Shown piece after piece: positions 1-8,749 of a DNA stretch of 63,417 bases. A program made the position numbers and the translations under genes. Every line of letters starts with the position of its first letter. The stretch's first letter is position 1. Location: IMG/VR virus record IMGVR_UViG_2710264769_000001. One strand, given 5' to 3'. Under the pieces are notes generated by a model. That model did no database searches. It was given only the letters and a program-made list of their open reading frames with translations, and had not been told where the DNA came from. The DNA comes from a virus.

Positions 1-99
1 AGCAACGGGAAGGAGAAATCATCGCTATCTTGGGGGTAGGGCTTACCCCTATGTTACTCTCTCAGAAGAAATACGAGAGGAAGTTCTAAAAAGAGACAA
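1..99. repeat. Terminal overlap copy 1 (identical to 63319..63417)
   Basis: Character-by-character identity of agcaacggga...aagagacaa with the last 99 nt of the window. Confidence 0.97.
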
Positions 100-253
100 T
101 TACCAGTGCACCATTTGCGGAACAAACCAAAAACGCCTCTGTATTCACCATTTAGTACCAGTAAGACTTGGAGGAACAGATGATCTAGATAATTTAACTA
201 CAGTGTGCGATTCATGCCATATAAAACTGGATAACGCCGTTCTTTTTGCTTAA
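2..253 (+). CDS. HNH endonuclease, C-terminal part (continues from 63191..63318 across the circular junction)
   Basis: The frame from ATG 63191 runs through the 99-nt overlap. It translates ...EEIREEVLKRDNYQCTICGTNQKRLCIHHLVPVRLGGTDDLDNLTTVCDSCHIKLDNAVLFA, stop TAA 251-253. CxxC...HH...N...CxxCH is the HNH signature. The joined gene is 381 nt (126 aa). Confidence 0.85.
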   Translation, partial: ATGRRNHRYLGGRAYPYVTLSEEIREEVLKRDNYQCTICGTNQKRLCIHHLVPVRLGGTDDLDNLTTVCDSCHIKLDNAVLFA

Positions 254-293
254 TCCCGGCCCCTGCCTAAAAAGTGAAAGGAGGAATACTAAA

Positions 294-1517
294 TTGACCA
301 TCAAAGGTTTGAGCGAAGTAAGAAGGCTCCCCAGAATCGGCAAGATACGCCTGGGGATAAAGAAGGAAAATGCAAAAGGGGTAGAATACCCTGCCGCCGT
401 GGATTACTTTGTTTGCAAAGCAGACGAACAAACTTCCGAGCTTGCGGCCCAGGCATTTAAAGAGGTCTACGGCGAAAAGCCCCGGGAGCTTGATGTTATG
501 TTTCCGGTGGAAGATCCAACTAAGTTTTTTAGCCAGTTTTACCGGCGTTACGGTTCCAGCACCGGCCTTCTCTGTAAAGGCGACGGCGAAAAGGCAACAC
601 AAATAGACCGTGAAACAGGCGAAATGCTTGAAATTGACTGTGACCCTATGGAGTGCGAATGGGCTGAAAAGAAACACTGCCGTCCCGTAGGCACTCTCCA
701 ATTTCTGCTGTATAAAGTTCCCGGCCTTGGGATCTGGCAGATTGATACTTCCAGTTATCACTCCATAGTAAATCTCAACAGTGCTATAGATTTTGTCAGA
801 ACTTTGACTGGCGGGAAAATAGCCTGGATACCTCTAAAGCTGATTATCCGGCCCAAAGAGGTCCAGGTTGAAGGCAGAAAAAAAGTTGTTTACGTCATGG
901 ATCTGGCCAATGAGCATGTAAGGTTGGAACAGATACTTGCTGCTTCACGAAAAACACCTGCGCAGTTCCTTCTCGAAGAGAAAACCGGGATTAAACCCGA
1001 AGAGGTAACAATAACCGAACCTGACTACGATGAAGCCCCTGATGATCTTTATCCTGCCAGCCTAATCAATAACAACAAAGAAAAGGTAATGGATGCAGAG
1101 ACTGAGGGAAAAGCTGAAACTGAGACTGACCCCATAGATAATGAACTACATCGAGTTTGGGATATCCTTTCTGTCCCCGAAGCCAAAAGAAAGGCTACTT
1201 TAAACAAACCCGACCTGGACAAAGAGCAACTCCTGGTGAATCTTAAAAAAGAAGTGGCAAGACGGCAGCAAGCAGGGGAGGCTTCCGCAACGCAGGCCAG
1301 AGACTTCAGAAAAAAAGAAAAAGAGGTTGACTACGACAAAATAAGCGACGGTATGGAGCAATACCAAAAAGAGCTTGAACAGCGGCGTAAAGACGAGCAG
1401 GCTCGAAAACAGCAGAAGGAGCCAGCAGGAGTGCCTGCACAGTCCACACTCTTTGGAGATACGGAAAAGTCGACGCAAAGACCTGCAGCTAAAAAAGTGG
1501 AAAGGTCGTTTTTCTGA
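294..1517 (+). CDS. Conserved phage early protein of unknown function; Cys cluster and charged C-terminal tail; first gene of the recombination module
   Basis: ORF 246..1517. GAAAGGAGG at 277-285 favours the TTG start at 294. Motifs RIGKIRLG, CKGDG, CDPMEC, HC. The C-terminal third is a K/E/Q-rich low-complexity tail. Family not recognised with certainty. Confidence 0.55.
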   Translation: MTIKGLSEVRRLPRIGKIRLGIKKENAKGVEYPAAVDYFVCKADEQTSELAAQAFKEVYGEKPRELDVMFPVEDPTKFFSQFYRRYGSSTGLLCKGDGEKATQIDRETGEMLEIDCDPMECEWAEKKHCRPVGTLQFLLYKVPGLGIWQIDTSSYHSIVNLNSAIDFVRTLTGGKIAWIPLKLIIRPKEVQVEGRKKVVYVMDLANEHVRLEQILAASRKTPAQFLLEEKTGIKPEEVTITEPDYDEAPDDLYPASLINNNKEKVMDAETEGKAETETDPIDNELHRVWDILSVPEAKRKATLNKPDLDKEQLLVNLKKEVARRQQAGEASATQARDFRKKEKEVDYDKISDGMEQYQKELEQRRKDEQARKQQKEPAGVPAQSTLFGDTEKSTQRPAAKKVERSFF

Positions 1518-1550
1518 AAAGCAACCCATTAAAAAAGGAGGAAGAGGGAA

Positions 1551-2645
1551 ATGAGGCATTACAGTCATACGAGGTTTAATCAGTTTGAAACATGCCCGAG
1601 ATCATTCAAACTGAGATATCTCGACAGAATCCCGGAGAAGCCTTCCGATGCCCTTATAATCGGCAGGCTGGTGCATGAAATTATTGCGGAATATGACAGG
1701 GCGCTGTTGAAATCCGGACTACAAACAGATATTACTCTGTTGCCGGAAATCACTCAAATGGTTTTCTATAAGAAGCCCCACCATTTAGGTTCCAGCAGAT
1801 TTACGGAAATTGAGAGTATTATTGAATCTTTCGCCAACAGCCACATTTTCAACCCGAATACGACTGTAGGCATTGAGGAAAAAATTAAACTTCCCTTAAG
1901 CAACGATATTCTTTTCTGGGCGGTGCTTGACCGTTTAGAGATAGATGACAATGTGGCAACCATAATGGATTATAAAACAGATTGGGCTATTCGCAGCCAG
2001 GCCGAAACGGAAAACGACTTCCAGTTGCATATATACGCCTGGATTGTTAAGAAAGAATACCCGCAAGTTGATACCTTCAAGGCCCGGTTGGAGTTCGTGA
2101 GGCATGGTGTTGTTCGGGAGGTCGATATTGATCCCGTGAAAGTAGCTACAACGGAAGATAAGATATTCGGCCTTATAAGGCAAATTGAAAGCGAAGTTGA
2201 GTTTGCACCAAGACCGGGCGAAGGGTGTTCATGGTGTAGCTATGTTGATATGTGTCCTGCGCTAAAGAACCTGGGAGGTAGCATAATTAAGGACGAACAG
2301 GATGCTTTAAGGGTGGCCGGTGAACTGGTCCTGCTGGAAAAACAGGTGGCAGACCGGAAAGAAGCTCTTAAAAAGTGGTGTAATGTTAACGGGTTTGTAG
2401 AGACGAACGGTTTACAATGGGGGTATTACGTAACTGAATCCAAGTCAATCAGCGATGTCAAGGAGTTCACCAAAATTATGAGGGATCTTGGCGAAGATCC
2501 CGAAAAATATCTTTCTGTTGACGAGAGAAGGTTCACGAAAAAACTCCAGGAAAAATATGCCGATGCGTTAGCTTCCGTTCTTGTGGATAAAAGCTACACA
2601 AGGTTTGACAGTAAAAAAACAAAGAATGGGAACGGTGGTGAATAA
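1551..2645 (+). CDS. PD-(D/E)XK nuclease, Cas4/RecB-like, with a 4-Cys Fe-S type cluster
   Basis: N-terminal FETCPRSFKLRYL, core IMDYKTD (D..DxK), C-terminal CSWCSYVDMCP. RBS AGGAGG lies upstream of ATG 1551. Confidence 0.8.
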   Translation: MRHYSHTRFNQFETCPRSFKLRYLDRIPEKPSDALIIGRLVHEIIAEYDRALLKSGLQTDITLLPEITQMVFYKKPHHLGSSRFTEIESIIESFANSHIFNPNTTVGIEEKIKLPLSNDILFWAVLDRLEIDDNVATIMDYKTDWAIRSQAETENDFQLHIYAWIVKKEYPQVDTFKARLEFVRHGVVREVDIDPVKVATTEDKIFGLIRQIESEVEFAPRPGEGCSWCSYVDMCPALKNLGGSIIKDEQDALRVAGELVLLEKQVADRKEALKKWCNVNGFVETNGLQWGYYVTESKSISDVKEFTKIMRDLGEDPEKYLSVDERRFTKKLQEKYADALASVLVDKSYTRFDSKKTKNGNGGE

Positions 2646-2646
2646 A

Positions 2647-4632
2647 ATGCTTAAAAGCCTTTGTTTAAATAATTTCAGGAATCATGCCAACACTTACATT
2701 CCCCTGGAAAAAGTAAATATCTTTGTTGGACCCAACGGGGCAGGCAAAAGCTCTATCCAGGGAGGGATCGAGTTTCTTTTTACCGGAAAGTGCAACTGGA
2801 CCGACAGAAAAGGTTCCGGCGCAGAGGATCTTATCCGCTATGGTCAGAAAAAGGCCGTCCTGGAAGCGGAAGTAGAGGGTATCGGGAATATTAAACGGGA
2901 CTATCCCGGCGGGTTAAAAGTGGAGGGGTGGAGCGGCAACTCTACACTTCAACAAAAAACTTTTTACGAGCAACTAAAAGCAACCGAAGGAATTATTTCC
3001 GCAGTCCTTAATACCGGCAACTTCTTGAACATGCCTGCAGGCGATCAGAAGAACATGCTTTTTGCCCTGATGGGTCTGGAATTTGACAAGAACAGTATCC
3101 TTAAAAGCCTGGCAGAGTGGACTGAAAAGAATGGCCTGAGCAAAGAAACTGCAAAAGCTATACTTCTGACATTCCAGAAATATTGTCCCCAAGCGGTGGC
3201 AGGCGGCGCAGAGATATTTGACACACTGGACAAAGCTTTCCGGGAAGCCAGAAAGATCGCTAAAAAGGAATTGGCTGAACTTGACAGCCTGGTTAAATAC
3301 AAAAAAGAAGCCTGCGAAAAAATTGATCTCCCGGACGGCATTACCCTGGCTGACAAGGAGGAGGTAATCGAACAGCTCAATGCAGTTAAAAAAGAAAAGG
3401 AATCTTTGGCCTCAACCATAGTGCATGAGAGCTTTATGGCCGAAAGGCGGGAAATGCTGGATAAAAGAGAAACAAGGGTCAAGGATGAATTGAGCAAGCT
3501 AGAGCAAGAAATAAAGAATACCGTAATTATAGATACCGGCCAAATGGAAGCGGAACTGAAAAAAGTCAATGACAAGTACGATAAGGCAAATGCCGAGGCC
3601 GAGGAAGCCAGTAAACAGCAGGCTATATTGAACGCAGAAATAGCCAGCCTGGATAAAGTAATTGCCAGCCTGGAAAAGATTAAAGGAGCCTGCCCTCTTG
3701 CTCCCGAAAAGCTGACCTGCCCCCATCCTGAAAAAGACCTGAAAGAAATGCTGAAGCAGTTCATAAAAGAGAAAACAGATAAAGCAAAAGCCAAAGACGC
3801 CGTTGATAAAACGCTTGACGCCTTTCGAGAGACATGCCGAGAACTCAAAAAACAACAAGATCAATTAGTCCAGAATATAAATAGAGGCGAAGAAGTCGAA
3901 GCCAAATTGCAAAGTTTAAAAAAACAGAAAGAGGGTTATGAGGCGTCTTTGACCGAGATAGAACAGGAACGTATTTCCCTGGGCGAACCGCAGGATGTTG
4001 AAGAAACCAGGAATAAAATAGCAGAACTTGAGACAAGAATCGAAAAAGGAGAAAACTTGCGCCAGGCCCTTGAACTTTCGGACCAAGCCGAAACAGAATA
4101 CGAAGAAAACGTTAAAAAATTCTACAGGAAAGATGAGGAAGTAAATGCCCTGGAAGAACTGGTTAAGGCTTTCAGTCCCGGAGGCATAAAGCAGGAATTG
4201 CTGAAAGAAATCGTAAATCCGGTTCAGGAAAGGATCAGCGAAAGAGTAGCGCAGCTCACTGGCGGACTGTTTAGGGTTGTGTTTGAGGTTGAAGGCGATT
4301 TTGAAATTAAGGTTTTCAAGAACGATGTTCTTTATAAGAAACCGTCGAAAGGCGAGAAGCTGTTAATAGGCGTGGCCCTTCAGGATGTATTAAGCTCTCT
4401 GGCCGGATTTGGAATTATAGTTGTCGATGACACGGAGGCGCTTGATCCGGATAACAGGGTAAATCTCATTAATACTCTTCTTTCCCTGGAAGATGATAAA
4501 ACGGTAATCGTTCTTTCGGTCAGGGGCGAAAAGGAACCTGTTGATCCCGGCATTCCCGGGTTGGCCGTTTTTATGGTGGATAATGGCAAAGTATATAGAG
4601 CACAGAAAGTAAAGCAACCTGTGGGTGCTTGA
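2647..4632 (+). CDS. SMC/Rad50/SbcC-like AAA ATPase with a long coiled coil
   Basis: MLKSLCLNNFRNH...VGPNGAGKSS (Walker A), about 350 aa of coiled coil with a central CPxxxxxxCP hook-like motif, Walker B IIVVDDTEALD. ATG 2647 is preferred over the upstream alternative start. Confidence 0.8.
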   Translation: MLKSLCLNNFRNHANTYIPLEKVNIFVGPNGAGKSSIQGGIEFLFTGKCNWTDRKGSGAEDLIRYGQKKAVLEAEVEGIGNIKRDYPGGLKVEGWSGNSTLQQKTFYEQLKATEGIISAVLNTGNFLNMPAGDQKNMLFALMGLEFDKNSILKSLAEWTEKNGLSKETAKAILLTFQKYCPQAVAGGAEIFDTLDKAFREARKIAKKELAELDSLVKYKKEACEKIDLPDGITLADKEEVIEQLNAVKKEKESLASTIVHESFMAERREMLDKRETRVKDELSKLEQEIKNTVIIDTGQMEAELKKVNDKYDKANAEAEEASKQQAILNAEIASLDKVIASLEKIKGACPLAPEKLTCPHPEKDLKEMLKQFIKEKTDKAKAKDAVDKTLDAFRETCRELKKQQDQLVQNINRGEEVEAKLQSLKKQKEGYEASLTEIEQERISLGEPQDVEETRNKIAELETRIEKGENLRQALELSDQAETEYEENVKKFYRKDEEVNALEELVKAFSPGGIKQELLKEIVNPVQERISERVAQLTGGLFRVVFEVEGDFEIKVFKNDVLYKKPSKGEKLLIGVALQDVLSSLAGFGIIVVDDTEALDPDNRVNLINTLLSLEDDKTVIVLSVRGEKEPVDPGIPGLAVFMVDNGKVYRAQKVKQPVGA

Positions 4633-4636
4633 GGGA

Positions 4637-4684
4637 ACCCCCAAGCCCAGGGTTAATCCCCTGGGCTTAGGGGTTTTATTTTGA
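4637..4684 (+). terminator. Rho-independent terminator
   Basis: acccccaagcccagggg-ttaat-cccctgggcttaggggt hairpin followed by tttatttt. Confidence 0.75.
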
Positions 4685-4700
4685 AAGGAGGAAGAACATA

Positions 4701-5057
4701 TTGGAAGATAACAAAATGACGAGAGAAATCATCATAGAGCATTTTGGACAAGAAAGGCCTGAACCGATAACAATAACAATCCCCGGCAAGGGAACGGTAA
4801 GGGCTGAAAACGCTGTAGTTTATTGCTCCGGCTTAATAGAAAACACCCTTACAGATCGGATAATTAAAGGCCAAACAATGACTTTGGCAATCGGCAACAT
4901 AATTCCTACGGAGCTGGCAAGGGCACATATATCATTAACAGATTGCATAAAAGAATCAATGGCGCAAATGATTAAAGAACACCCTCAGCTAAAAATAAAC
5001 GCAGAAGGAGCAAAGCTCATATTGGCTGGGTATCTTTTGAAGCAATTAGATAAGTAA
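4701..5057 (+). CDS. Hypothetical protein
   Basis: 118-aa ORF. AGGAGG lies 8 nt upstream of TTG 4701 (ATG 4716 is an alternative start). Confidence 0.5.
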   Translation: MEDNKMTREIIIEHFGQERPEPITITIPGKGTVRAENAVVYCSGLIENTLTDRIIKGQTMTLAIGNIIPTELARAHISLTDCIKESMAQMIKEHPQLKINAEGAKLILAGYLLKQLDK

Positions 5058-5071
5058 TGGGAGGACAGGCT

Positions 5072-5686
5072 ATGGCAAGACAAATATTAGCAGTTGAAGG
5101 CGGCAATATCAAGGGAATAGCTAACCTCTATAAGATGATCAACATAGACATAAACGACCTGTCTCCGGAACGGCCATGGACGCCGGATGGGGTGGACTAT
5201 TTGATTGAGCTTTACAAGCTGGGTTATTCTGCTGAAGAAATGGCAATAGAGATGAACCGGACTACAGGGAACGTGATCGGAAAAATCTATGACCTGGGAG
5301 AAGAAGGAAAGCTGTCTTTGGAAATGTGGGGATCGAAGAAGAATGGGAAGAAGCTGGCAAGAGGGCCTTTGGGGGATGTATGTGGGATATTTGTGGGGGA
5401 GGGGGTGAAGGCTGTGGCAGTAACGAAATGGGCCTACCTGACAGTTACAAAAACGAAGTTAATCTTTGAGGGGCCTTACAATAGTGCTTTCAAGGATGCA
5501 TTGAAGGACGAAATTCCTATGGGCTGTCGTGAATGGGACGGCGAAAAGTGGATTATTGGAAAGGACTATCTTGATGATCTGGAAACCCTGATAAAAGCAT
5601 ATTATCCCCGATGCTGCAAAGTGGAGGGCGGTATAATAACAAACTTGCTTACCGGGGAGCTTATGGACGATTCTTTTTACGAATAA
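5072..5686 (+). CDS. Hypothetical protein with a GcrA-like helix-turn-helix segment
   Basis: WTPDGVDYLIELYKLGYSAEEMAIEMNRTTGNVIGKIYDLG resembles the GcrA N-terminal DNA-binding motif. GGGAGG lies 7 nt before ATG 5072. Confidence 0.5.
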   Translation: MARQILAVEGGNIKGIANLYKMINIDINDLSPERPWTPDGVDYLIELYKLGYSAEEMAIEMNRTTGNVIGKIYDLGEEGKLSLEMWGSKKNGKKLARGPLGDVCGIFVGEGVKAVAVTKWAYLTVTKTKLIFEGPYNSAFKDALKDEIPMGCREWDGEKWIIGKDYLDDLETLIKAYYPRCCKVEGGIITNLLTGELMDDSFYE

Positions 5687-5833
5687 TAAGTTGAATTTTA
5701 GAGGAGGAGGAAAACAGATGGAGGCTGTAGCAAAGGAGTTTTACTTTAAAAAGTTGGAGGCCGAGCATGATGTCCCGCCCTTGCCCGGGTGCAGGAGTTG
5801 GAATGCGGGGTGGGAGAAGGAGGAAGAAGAAAG

Positions 5834-6121
5834 ATGAGAGATGCTAAACAAGATATAGAAACCTTAAAAGAATTTAAGACGCTAAAAGAATTTCCACATA
5901 TTCGGAGTTGGTTAATTGAGGTAATTCAATACTGGATTAATCGGGTGCAGAAGTTGGAAGAGGAAAATAGGCGACTATATAACATATTGGAAAATCTTTT
6001 TGATGCCTGGGAAGCATATTCTACGTGCCTAGCACCACAGGAAGCTATAAATGATTATTATACCAAGTTTATTGAGGATATGAACGATGCGAGAGAATTC
6101 CTGGAAGGAGGAGGAGAGTGA
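5834..6121 (+). CDS. Hypothetical protein (helical)
   Basis: ORF 5789..6121. GAAGGAGG lies upstream of ATG 5834. Confidence 0.45.
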   Translation: MRDAKQDIETLKEFKTLKEFPHIRSWLIEVIQYWINRVQKLEEENRRLYNILENLFDAWEAYSTCLAPQEAINDYYTKFIEDMNDAREFLEGGGE

Positions 6122-6519
6122 TGTTTTGCAAAATATGCGGCGAATTCAGACAGCAAAAGATGAGATTGCCTGGGTTATTGGCGTTTATCACAAAATGCAA
6201 CGTTTGAAAGCCAAAAACCGCTTTAAGCCGGAGGAAAGCGAGGTTGAGGAAGGATGTCAATAGAAAAAGAAGGCGGGAAGTATAGCTTATACTGCGACAT
6301 CTGCGGAGAAGAAACACCGGGAATTTTGGTGGTTGCTTTGTTTTATCGAGCGAGATAGCGGCAGTAGATGAATACGATAAAGATTTATATAGCTCAAACA
6401 ATATAGTTTGGGAAGATGTAAGAAGCGCAATCATACTGAAAAGCGGAAAAGTTTTGTTGTCAACAGTTTCACCGAAAACCGTAGTAAAACGCTGGAAAGA
6501 AGAAGGAGCGTGAGAGATA

Positions 6520-6747
6520 ATGGCAGGGCAAGCAAAACAGTATTGTCCTTACTGCAAGCTCGAAAGAGAACTGGACGACGAAGTTACCTGCCCAAACTGC
6601 GGAAATTATATGCTTTTAAGAAGCAATAAACGGTATACCTGTCCTGAATGTAACAGTCTAAACGTTTTTCATAAAGAAATTCATCCGGATACTGATATGA
6701 ACAAGGTTGTCCTGTGTTGTAAAGATTGTGGTTACGAAGGAGCGTGA
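6520..6747 (+). CDS. Zinc-ribbon protein (several CxxC pairs)
   Basis: CPYC...CPNC...CPEC...CKDC motifs in 75 aa. GGAGCG/GAGAGA purine-rich RBS before ATG 6520. Confidence 0.6.
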   Translation: MAGQAKQYCPYCKLERELDDEVTCPNCGNYMLLRSNKRYTCPECNSLNVFHKEIHPDTDMNKVVLCCKDCGYEGA

Positions 6748-6755
6748 ACAGTAGC

Positions 6756-7580
6756 ATGGAACCTTATACCCTCAACCGCTCCGGTCTCTATGTCCCGGAG
6801 CGCGTAGCCAAGCGTCCGATTGCCATAGATTTATTCTGCGGAGCGGGAGGCTTTACTTTGGGTTTTTTGCAGGCCGGTTTCGAGGTCATTGCCGGGCTGG
6901 ACAACGATATCCCATCTGCACTTACTTATCTCTACAACCTGGGAAGCTATCCCGTCAATATGTACTGGATTGAGCCTGGAGACAAGGAACGCTTTAATAA
7001 TTATCTGGAAAAGCAAATAGCCAAAAAGGGTAAAAACGGTATTTATACCATGCCGGTCAGCGGCGGCAATCCATACATGAAGGAATATCCGCCGGTCAGG
7101 AACTTTTTCTTTGGCGATGCTCGCAAAATTACCGGCCAGGAAATACTTGGTGCCCTGGGCTTCAAGCAGGGAGATGTGGACTGCGTTATGGGAGGGCCGC
7201 CATGCCAGGGCTTCAGCATAACCGGAAAAAGGGACGTGATGGATCCGCGAAACAGCCTGGTATTTGAGTTTGCGCGCCTGGTGCTGGAAATACAGCCAAA
7301 GACCATGATCATGGAAAACGTCCCGGGGATATTGAGCATGGTTACACCTGAAGGAATTCCGGTTGTAGATGCTTTCTGCCGGGTGTTGGAGGATGGGGGT
7401 TTCGGAGCATTTGATGCGCTGAAACAGTCATTGCTTAACACGGCCGGGGCCGGAGCGGCACTTAAAGGCAGCAGCAGGAAGCCGAGCAAAAGGCAGGTTA
7501 GGTGGATGGAGACGGGCATTGAGGATGAAAACGAAGGGCTTGAAAGCAAAAAGCAGCTTTCGCTGGAAGGGGTTGTTTAG
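6756..7580 (+). CDS. dcm: DNA (cytosine-5) methyltransferase-like protein, catalytic half only (no TRD, no motifs VIII-X)
   Basis: Motif I DLFCGAGGFTLGF, motif IV GGPPCQGFS, motif VI MENVPG. After ...LEDGGF the sequence becomes an A/G/K-rich tail without QxRxR or GN(A/S)V. Confidence 0.75.
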   Translation: MEPYTLNRSGLYVPERVAKRPIAIDLFCGAGGFTLGFLQAGFEVIAGLDNDIPSALTYLYNLGSYPVNMYWIEPGDKERFNNYLEKQIAKKGKNGIYTMPVSGGNPYMKEYPPVRNFFFGDARKITGQEILGALGFKQGDVDCVMGGPPCQGFSITGKRDVMDPRNSLVFEFARLVLEIQPKTMIMENVPGILSMVTPEGIPVVDAFCRVLEDGGFGAFDALKQSLLNTAGAGAALKGSSRKPSKRQVRWMETGIEDENEGLESKKQLSLEGVV

Positions 7581-7583
7581 ACC

Positions 7584-7817
7584 ATGACCCGTGTCCGTTA
7601 CGTCAACAAAGACCACAGTCATAGACTCTACGGCCAGACTGGTGTAGTTCTAACTCGGGGCAGAGGCCCAGGGCCGCGGAACGAGCTGGTCAAACTGGAC
7701 AGCGGGGAACTGGTCGTGGCGCCATTTTGGAACTGGAGGAAAGTGGGAATAAAAGAGAAAGGAGAGGAGCGGAGAAATATCCGAGCTGGTTTTACCGGGA
7801 AAGCGGAAGAAAAATAG
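7584..7817 (+). CDS. Hypothetical small protein (KOW/SH3-like beta segment plus basic tail)
   Basis: 77-aa ORF tightly packed after the MTase gene. Confidence 0.4.
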   Translation: MTRVRYVNKDHSHRLYGQTGVVLTRGRGPGPRNELVKLDSGELVVAPFWNWRKVGIKEKGEERRNIRAGFTGKAEEK

Positions 7818-7840
7818 CCAAATAAGAAAGGGCGGGTGAT

Positions 7841-8749
7841 ATGATGGCGACGACGAAAATAGAGTGGTGTGACCGTGTATTTAACCCTGTCACTGGATGC
7901 TCCCCGGTCAGCGAAGGGTGTATCAATTGTTACGCGGCCAGGATGAGCAAAAGACTGGCCGGGCGGTATGGCTATCCGGCAGATGAGCCGTTTCGGGTTA
8001 CGCTACATCCGGAGCGGGTTAGTACTATGGAACCTGCTTTACAGGGGGAAGGCAAAAAGATATTTATTTGCTCAATGGGGGATTTGTTCCATGAAGACGT
8101 GCCCTTCGAGTTTATCAGCGACGTGTGGGACTTAATACTTGAGTGTAAATGGAACACATTTCTTATACTTACTAAGCGCCCAAGCAGAATGCTTGAGTTC
8201 TCTAAATGGTACGAACACTGGTATGACGATTTTGCAGCAGATCATATATGGCTTGGCGTAACCGCCGAAAACCAACAACGGGCCGACGAGCGCATACCGA
8301 TTCTGTTGCAGATACCAGCGGCGGTGCGGTTCGTGAGTTGCGAACCGTTATTATCGGCAATCGACTTATCGAAATGGTTAGGGATATGTAAAGGCTGCGG
8401 TTCTCCGGCTACAAGATGCGGGCCTGATCTGTGGAAGAAGAATAAAAAATGCTGTCCGGATTGTACGCACACAGACGTTTATCTGGACTGGGTTGTTGCG
8501 GGCGGAGAAAGCGGCCTCAACGCCCGGCCGGTGCACCCGAATTGGGTGCGGAGCCTGAGAGACCAGGCTGTAAGTGCAGGGGTGCCATTTTTCTTTAAGC
8601 AGTGGGGCGAATATTGTCCTGAAAGCAATTTTGGATTGGAAAAGGATCTCGTTTTCGATGGTGACCACATGCTTAAAGTTGGCAAAAAAGCCGCTGGCCG
8701 GGTGCTGGACGGGCGGGAGTGGAATGAGATGCCGGAGGTGAAAGTATGA
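7841..8749 (+). CDS. Phage Gp37/Gp68 family protein (DUF5131) with an extra Cys-rich insertion
   Basis: N-terminus TKIEWCDRVFNPVTGCSPVSEGCINCYA is the hallmark of this family. Insertion GICKGCGSPATRCGPDLWKKNKKCCPDCTH. Confidence 0.75.
   Translation: MMATTKIEWCDRVFNPVTGCSPVSEGCINCYAARMSKRLAGRYGYPADEPFRVTLHPERVSTMEPALQGEGKKIFICSMGDLFHEDVPFEFISDVWDLILECKWNTFLILTKRPSRMLEFSKWYEHWYDDFAADHIWLGVTAENQQRADERIPILLQIPAAVRFVSCEPLLSAIDLSKWLGICKGCGSPATRCGPDLWKKNKKCCPDCTHTDVYLDWVVAGGESGLNARPVHPNWVRSLRDQAVSAGVPFFFKQWGEYCPESNFGLEKDLVFDGDHMLKVGKKAAGRVLDGREWNEMPEVKV

Noticed and set aside
1-99. Physical direct terminal repeat of the virion DNA
   Set aside because: The repeat lies in the middle of an intact HNH ORF and is exactly 99 nt, a common assembler k-mer. 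It is most simply a circularisation overlap. Read data would be needed to decide.
3045-3848. 267-aa antisense ORF inside the SMC-like ATPase gene
   Set aside because: It is a Ser/Leu/Ala-rich mirror of a K/E-rich coiled-coil coding region, which is the typical antisense artefact.
6408-6629. Tracked 73-aa basic ORF
   Set aside because: It overlaps the well-supported zinc-ribbon gene (6520..6747) in another frame. It is R/K/S-rich with no RBS.
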